A stretch of DNA of 64,000 nucleotides, taken from contig OZ024740.1 in assembly GCA_964016885.1 (NCBI GenBank), positions 421,724,001 through 421,788,000 of the forward strand. The letters are read 5' to 3'. How positions within the stretch are numbered: the stretch's first letter is position 1; every line of letters begins with the position of its first letter. The position numbers and the translations under genes are program-made. Under the pieces are notes generated by a model. It ran no database searches and was not told the origin of the DNA. It saw only the letters and a list, made by a program, of their open reading frames with translations. This stretch comes from Eledone cirrhosa (taxonomy: Eukaryota). Below, piece by piece: positions 58,060 to 64,000 of this stretch.

Positions 58060-60860
58060 ATGTGTCATATTAAACCTACATAGAAAGGTGGATTAACATA
58101 GATATATGTGTCATATTAAACCTACATAGAAAGGTGGAGTAACATAGATATATGTGTCATATTAAACCTACATAGAAAGGTGGATTAACATAGATATATG
58201 TGTCATATTAAACCTACATAGAAAAGTGAATTAACATAGATATATGTGTCATATTAAACCTACATAGAAAGGTGGATTAACATAGATATATGTGTCATAT
58301 TAAACCTACATAGAAAGGTGGATTAACATAGATATATGTGTCATATTAAACCTACATAGAAAGGTGAATTAACTTAGATATATGTGTCATATTAAACCTA
58401 CATAGAAAGGTGGATTAACTTAGATATGTGTGTCATATTAAACCTAAATAGAAAGGTGGATTAACATAGATATATGTGTCATATTAAACCTACATAGAAA
58501 GGTGAATTAACTTAGATATGTGTCATATTAAACCTTCATGGAAAGGTGGATTAACATAGATATATGTGTCATATTAAACCTACATAGAAAGGTGGATTAA
58601 CATAGATATATGTGTCATATTAAACCTACATAGAAAGGTGGAGTAACATAGATATATGTGTCATATTAAACCTACATAGAAAGGTGGATTAACATAGATA
58701 TATGTGTCATATTAAACCAACATAGAAAGGTGGATTAACATAGATATACGTGTCATATTAAACCTACATAGAAAGGTGAATTAACTTAGATATATGTGTC
58801 ATATTAAACCTACATAGAAAGGTGGATTAACATAGATATATGTGTCATATTAAACCTACATAGAAAGGTGGATTAACATAGATATATGTGTCATATTAAA
58901 CCTAAATAGAAAGGTGGATTAACATAGATATATGTGTCATATTAAACCTACATAGAAAGGTGAATTAACTTAGATATGTGTCATATTAAACCTTCATGGA
59001 AAGGTGGATTAACATAGATATATGTGTCATATTAAACCTACATAGAAAGGTGGATTAACATAGATATATGTGTCATATTAAACCTACATAGAAAGGTGGA
59101 GTAACATAGATATATGTGTCATATAAAACCTACATAGAAAGGTGGATTAACATAGATATATGTGTCATATTAAACCAACATAGAAAGGTGGATTAACATA
59201 GATATACGTGTCGTATTAAACCTACATAGAAAGGTGGATTAACATAGATATATGTGTCATATTAAACCTACATAGAAAGGTGAATTAACTTAGATATATG
59301 TGTCATATTAAACCTACATAGAAAGGTGGATTAACTTAGATATATGTGTCATATAAAAACCTACATAGAAAGATGAATTAACTTAGATATATGTGTCATA
59401 TTAAACCTACATAGAAAGGTGGATTAACTTAGATATATGTGTCATATTAAACCTACATAGAAAGATGAATTAACTTAGATATATGTGTCATATTAAACCT
59501 ACATAGAAAGGTGAATTAACTTAGATATATGTGTCATATTAAACCTACATAGAAAGGTGGATTAATATAGATATATGTGTCATATTAAACCTACATAGAA
59601 AGGTGGATTAACATAGATATATGTGTCATATTAAACCTACATAGAAAGGTGAATTAACTTAGATATATGTGTCATATTAAACCTACATAGAAAGGTGGAT
59701 TAACTTAGATATATGTGTCATATTAAACCTACATAGAAAGATGAATTAACTTAGATATATGTGTCATATTAAACCTATATAGAAAGGTGAATTAACTTAG
59801 ATATATGTGTCATATTAAACCTACATAGAAAGGTGGATTAATATAGATATATGTGTCATATTAAACCTACATAGAAAGGTGGAGTAACATAGATATATGT
59901 GTCATATAAAACCTACATAGAAAGGTGGATTAACATAGATATATGTGTCATATTAAACCAACATAGAAAGGTGGATTAACATAGATATACGTGTCGTATT
60001 AAACCTACATAGAAAGGTGGATTAACATAGATATATGTGTCATATTAAACCTACATAGAAAGGTGAATTAACTTAGATATATGTGTCATATTAAACCTAC
60101 ATAGAAAGGTGGATTAACTTAGATATATGTGTCATATTAAACCTACATAGAAAGATGAATTAACTTAGATATATGTGTCATATTAAACCTACATAGAAAG
60201 GTGGATTAACTTAGATATATGTGTCATATTAAACCTACATAGAAAGATGAATTAACTTAGATATATGTGTCATATTAAACCTACATAGAAAGGTGAATTA
60301 ACTTAGATATATGTGTCATATTAAACCTACATAGAAAGGTGGATTAATATAGATATATGTGTCATATTAAACCTACATAGAAAGGTGGATTAACATAGAT
60401 ATATGTGTCATATTAAACCTACATAGAAAGGTGAATTAACTTAGATATATGTGTCATATTAAACCTACATAGAAAGGTGGATTAACTTAGATATATGTGT
60501 CATATTAAACCTACATAGAAAGATGAATTAACTTAGATATATGTGTCATATTAAACCTACATAGAAAGGTGAATTAACTTAGATATATGTGTCATATTAA
60601 ACCTACATAGAAAGGAGGATTAACTTAGATATATGTGTCATATTAAACCTACATAGAAAGGTGAATTAACTTAGATATATGTGTCATATTAAACCTACAT
60701 GGAAAGGTGGATTAACGTAGATATATGTGTCATATTAAACCTACATAGAAAGATGAATTAACTTAGATATATGTGTCATATTAAACCTACATAGAAAGGT
60801 GAATTAACTTAGATATATGTGTCATATTAAACCTACATAGAAAGGTGGATTAACTTAGAT
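58060..60860. repeat. 46-bp tandem satellite array, segment 3
   Basis: Same monomer and orientation. Confidence 0.99.
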
Positions 60861-60892
60861 ATCATCATCATCATCATCATCATCAGGTTTAG

Positions 60893-60925
60893 CGTCCGTG
60901 TTCCACGCTTGCATGGGTTTGGACG
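60893..60925 (-). other. Putative 3'-terminal stem-loop of LINE copy 3
   Basis: The reverse complement reads CGTCC-AAAC-CCATG-CAAG-CGTGG-AACAC-GGACG, identical to copy 2. Confidence 0.6.
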
Positions 60926-60969
60926 GGGGTTTTCCCACTTGAGGCAAGAGTGGTTGTCTTGCTCGCATA

Positions 60970-61201
60970 GGACTGTCTGGCGGGTTTTCTACAGTTGGAT
61001 GCCCTTCCTAACACCAACCACATTTACAGTGTGGGGCTGGGAGGTTTTTATCGTGTTGCCTACACGGCCACATTACAGCGTGGACTGTCTGGCGGGTTTT
61101 CTACAGCTGGATGCCCTTCCTAACACCAACCACATTTACAGTGCGGGGCTGGGAGGTTTTTACCGTGTTGCCTACACGGCCACATTTACAGCGTGGACTG
61201 T
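60970..61201 (-). repeat. 112/113-bp tandem duplication within the 3' UTR of LINE copy 3
   Basis: GGACTGT starts at 60970, 61082 and 61195. The two units differ by 3 substitutions and a 1-nt indel. Copy 2 has one unit. Confidence 0.92.
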
Positions 61202-61367
61202 GTTTTTTGTCATGACACCTACACGATCTCATTTGTTTCGGCCTGGATGTTGTGGGACCAACATAACTTTACATTGAAAGGGGCGGTGTGGGTGGGGTGG
61301 AGGTGGTGGGACGGGGGTGTGTTTTGATAGAGATGCCTACTGACTGTAGTAGGTTTTTACTTTGTAT

Positions 61368-62852
61368 TTAGGTAAGGCGGGTCTTCTCTATTACTGAGTA
61401 CCGCCAAAGGTCTCGGTCCAGTGACATTGTCTTGGAGAGGTGTAAGCGTGTGAGGTCGGAATTTATCAGCTCGTCCCATGTTTTTCTGGGTCTGCCTACT
61501 CCGTGGCTACCGTCTATCTTTATTGCCCTGCACTTTGTTATACAGCTGTCGTCTTTCATGCGCATCACGTGACCGTACCAACGTAGCCTTCTCTCGAGTA
61601 AACAACATCTGATCCCTCTTATTTCTAATTTTTTCCTTAGTTCGTTTATGCTTTGCCGTTCACGTATATTACTATTGCACATCCAGCGGAGCATGCAAGC
61701 TTCGTTCCTCTCTAGTCTGCGTATATCCTCTGCACACAATGCCCAGGTCTCACTGCCATGCAGCATTGCTGTTCGTATGCAGGCATCGTATAACCTGCCT
61801 TTCATTTTTAGGGAGAACCCTCTAGCGGCTAATAGTGGTATAAGCTCTCTGAACTTTTTCCATCCAGTTCTGACTCTAGCTACTGTACTTTCAGAGCACC
61901 CTCCCCCACTGCTGATTTTGTCACCCAGATAACGGAAGCTGTCCACTATTTCTATAGAACCCTCTGCGCAGTTGAAGGAGCTAGTATTTTGTGGGCACTT
62001 GCTGCTACTTATTGCACCAGAGCACCGGCCACATGTAAAATCTATGTTCTTAGTTAGCTTACCTGTGATCCCACTACATCTTTTATGCACCCATACTTTG
62101 CATTTGGGACATAAAATGGAGTTTCTACCTACGCCTTTCCTACACACTGAGCATGGCCATTTCCCCGATGGGACCGCCGCCTTATTTTCTTTCCTACAAA
62201 CTAGAACTTTAGTCTTAGCCAGGTTAATTTTAAGGCCTTTTGATTCTAGGCCGTGCTTCCACGTTTGGAATTTCTTCTCTAGTTCGGTCATTGATTCAGC
62301 TATGAGCGTTAGATCATCTGCGTATAGGAGTTCCCATGGGCAGCCGGTCTTGAACTCCTCTGTTATAGCCTGAAGGGCAATAATAAATAGTAGGGGGCTA
62401 AGTACAGAGCCCTGATGGACACCAACTTTTATGCTAAACTCTTCACTATATTCGTTGTTAATTCTAACCTTACTGACTGTTTCTTTATACATGGCTTGTA
62501 TAGCTCTCACAAGCCATTCGTCAACACCTAGTTTTCTAAGAGACCACTAGATAATGGAACGGGGGACTCTGTCGAAGGCTTTCTCCAAGTCGACAAAAGC
62601 TAAGTATAGGGGTTTACTTTTAGCTAGGTACTTCTGTAGTTGTCGTACAATGAAAAGAGCGTCTGTGGTACTTTTGCCTGACACAAACCCGAACTGCATT
62701 TCATCTAGATCAATTCTCTCTCTGATTAGTTGCGCTATTACTTTTTCCGTGACCTTCATGACCTGGTCGATTAATTTAATGCCTCTATAGTTACTCCTAT
62801 CTAGGGCATCTCCTTTTCCCTTATAGCAGTTAACGATGATGCTGCTACGCCA
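61368..62852 (-). pseudogene. Non-LTR reverse transcriptase (ORF2 without its endonuclease) with embedded PHD-type finger and one in-frame stop
   Basis: One frame from WRSSIIVNCYKGKGDALDRSNYRGIKL (62852) through QFGF, AFVDLEKAFDRV, a TAG at 62549-62547, GVHQGSVLSPLLF, catalytic LLYADD, GLKINLAKTK, FRYLG and RRLRWYGHV, to TAA at 61370-61368. This joins the listed ORFs 62547-62759 and 61368-62510. Confidence 0.95.
62022..62153 (-). other. PHD-type (C4HC3) zinc finger coding segment within ORF2
   Basis: CSVC-x10-CPKC-KVWV-HKRC-x14-CGRC, with the typical aromatic residue two positions before the His and two before the last Cys pair. Confidence 0.8.
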
Positions 62853-62853
62853 T

Positions 62854-64000
62854 TGTCATATTAAACCTACATAGAAAGGTGAATTAACTTAGATATATGT
62901 GTCATATTAAACCTAAATAGAAAGGTGGATTACCATAGATATATGTGTCATATTAAACCTACATAGAAAGGTGGATTAACATAGATATATGTGTCATATT
63001 AAACCTTCATAGAAAGGTGGATTAACTTAGATATGTGTGTCATATTAAACCTAAATAGAAGGGTGGATTAACATAGATATATGTGTCATATTAAACCTAC
63101 ATAGAAAGGTGAATTAACTTAGATATATGTGTCATATTAAACCTAAATAGAAAGGTGGATTAACATAGATATATGTGTCATATTAAACCTACATAGAAAG
63201 GTGGATTAATATAGATATATGTGTCATATTAAACCTACATAGAAAGGTGGATTAACATAGATATATGTGTCATATTAAACCTACATAGAAAGGTGAATTA
63301 ACTTAGATATATGTGTCATATTAAACCTACATAGAAAGGTGGATTAACTTAGATATATGTGTCATATTAAACCTACATAGAAAGATGAATTAACTTAGAT
63401 ATATGTGTCATATTAAACCTACATAGAAAGGTGGAGTAACATAGATATATGTGTCATATAAAACCTACATAGAAAGGTGGATTAACATAGATATATGTGT
63501 CATATTAAACCAACATAGAAAGGTGGATTAACATAGATATACGTGTCGTATTAAACCTACATAGAAAGGTGGATTAACATAGATATATGTGTCATATTAA
63601 ACCTACATAGAAAGGTGAATTAACTTAGATATATGTGTCATATTAAACCTACATAGAAAGGTGGATTAACTTAGATATATGTGTCATATTAAACCTACAT
63701 AGAAAGATGAATTAACTTAGATATATGTGTCATATTAAACCTACATAGAAAGGTGGATTAACTTAGATATATGTGTCATATTAAACCTACATAGAAAGAT
63801 GAATTAACTTAGATATATGTGTCATATTAAACCTACATAGAAAGGTGAATTAACTTAGATATATGTGTCATATTAAACCTACATAGAAAGGTGGATTAAT
63901 ATAGATATATGTGTCATATTAAACCTACATAGAAAGGTGGATTAACATAGATATATGTGTCATATTAAACCTACATAGAAAGGTGAATTAACTTAGATAT
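62854..64000. repeat. 46-bp tandem satellite array, segment 4 (runs off the right edge)
   Basis: Same monomer and orientation. Shares the rare ACGTGTCGTATT variant with segment 3. Confidence 0.99.

Larger units (their letters stand above)
60861..62853 (-). mobile_element. 5'-truncated RTE-like LINE (copy 3), ~2 kb, antisense to copies 1 and 2, (GAT)8 tail
   Basis: (ATC)8 at 60861-60884, 3' UTR up to 61367, and an RT-coding region up to 62852. The satellite resumes at TGTCATATT (62854). No target duplication is visible. Confidence 0.96.

Noticed and set aside
60861-60900. Hammerhead ribozyme core CTGATGA on the minus strand
   Set aside because: It arises from the start of the (GAT)n tail, with no appropriately placed GAAA or stems.
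57753-61277. ORFs 57753-57965 (-) and 60909-61277 (+) sharing FYSWMPFLTPT
   Set aside because: Antisense translations of the conserved 3' UTR. Starts, lengths and frames differ between copies, and RNA structure explains the conservation.
61648-62790. Plus-strand ORFs 61648-61932, 61972-62373 and 62554-62790
   Set aside because: Antisense to the RT frame and fragmentary.
61368-62852. Bacterial RT system (retron, group II intron, DGR) next to a repeat array
   Set aside because: The motifs, C-terminal RRLRWYGHV and GRP-TW region, microsatellite tail and 5' truncations are those of a eukaryotic non-LTR element.
1-64000. CRISPR array or coded spacer system
   Set aside because: Monomers are head-to-tail with no unique spacers, there are no cas genes, and the variant order is explained by block duplication.

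Overview
Eukaryotic heterochromatin-like window, not prokaryotic. About 95% is one uninterrupted-orientation AT-rich satellite with a 46-bp monomer (consensus AGATATATGTGTCATATTAAACCTACATAGAAAGGTG[G/A]ATTAAC[A/T]T, ~28% GC, roughly 1,300 copies). Rare variants reveal nested higher-order duplications of about 0.23, 0.8, 1.8, 2.3, 2.9, 4.8 and 6.9 kb. The array is interrupted by three independent, 5'-truncated non-LTR retrotransposons of one RTE-like family with (GAT)n tails: ~33562-34475 (+), ~57474-58059 (+) and ~60861-62853 (-). All three tails join the satellite at the central AT of the monomer's ATATAT palindrome, symmetrically for the two orientations. The longest copy carries a C4HC3 PHD-type zinc finger inside its reverse transcriptase region, and the 3' UTRs share a series of covarying hairpins. 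No host genes, RNA genes or CRISPR arrays were found. All alignments were done by eye.
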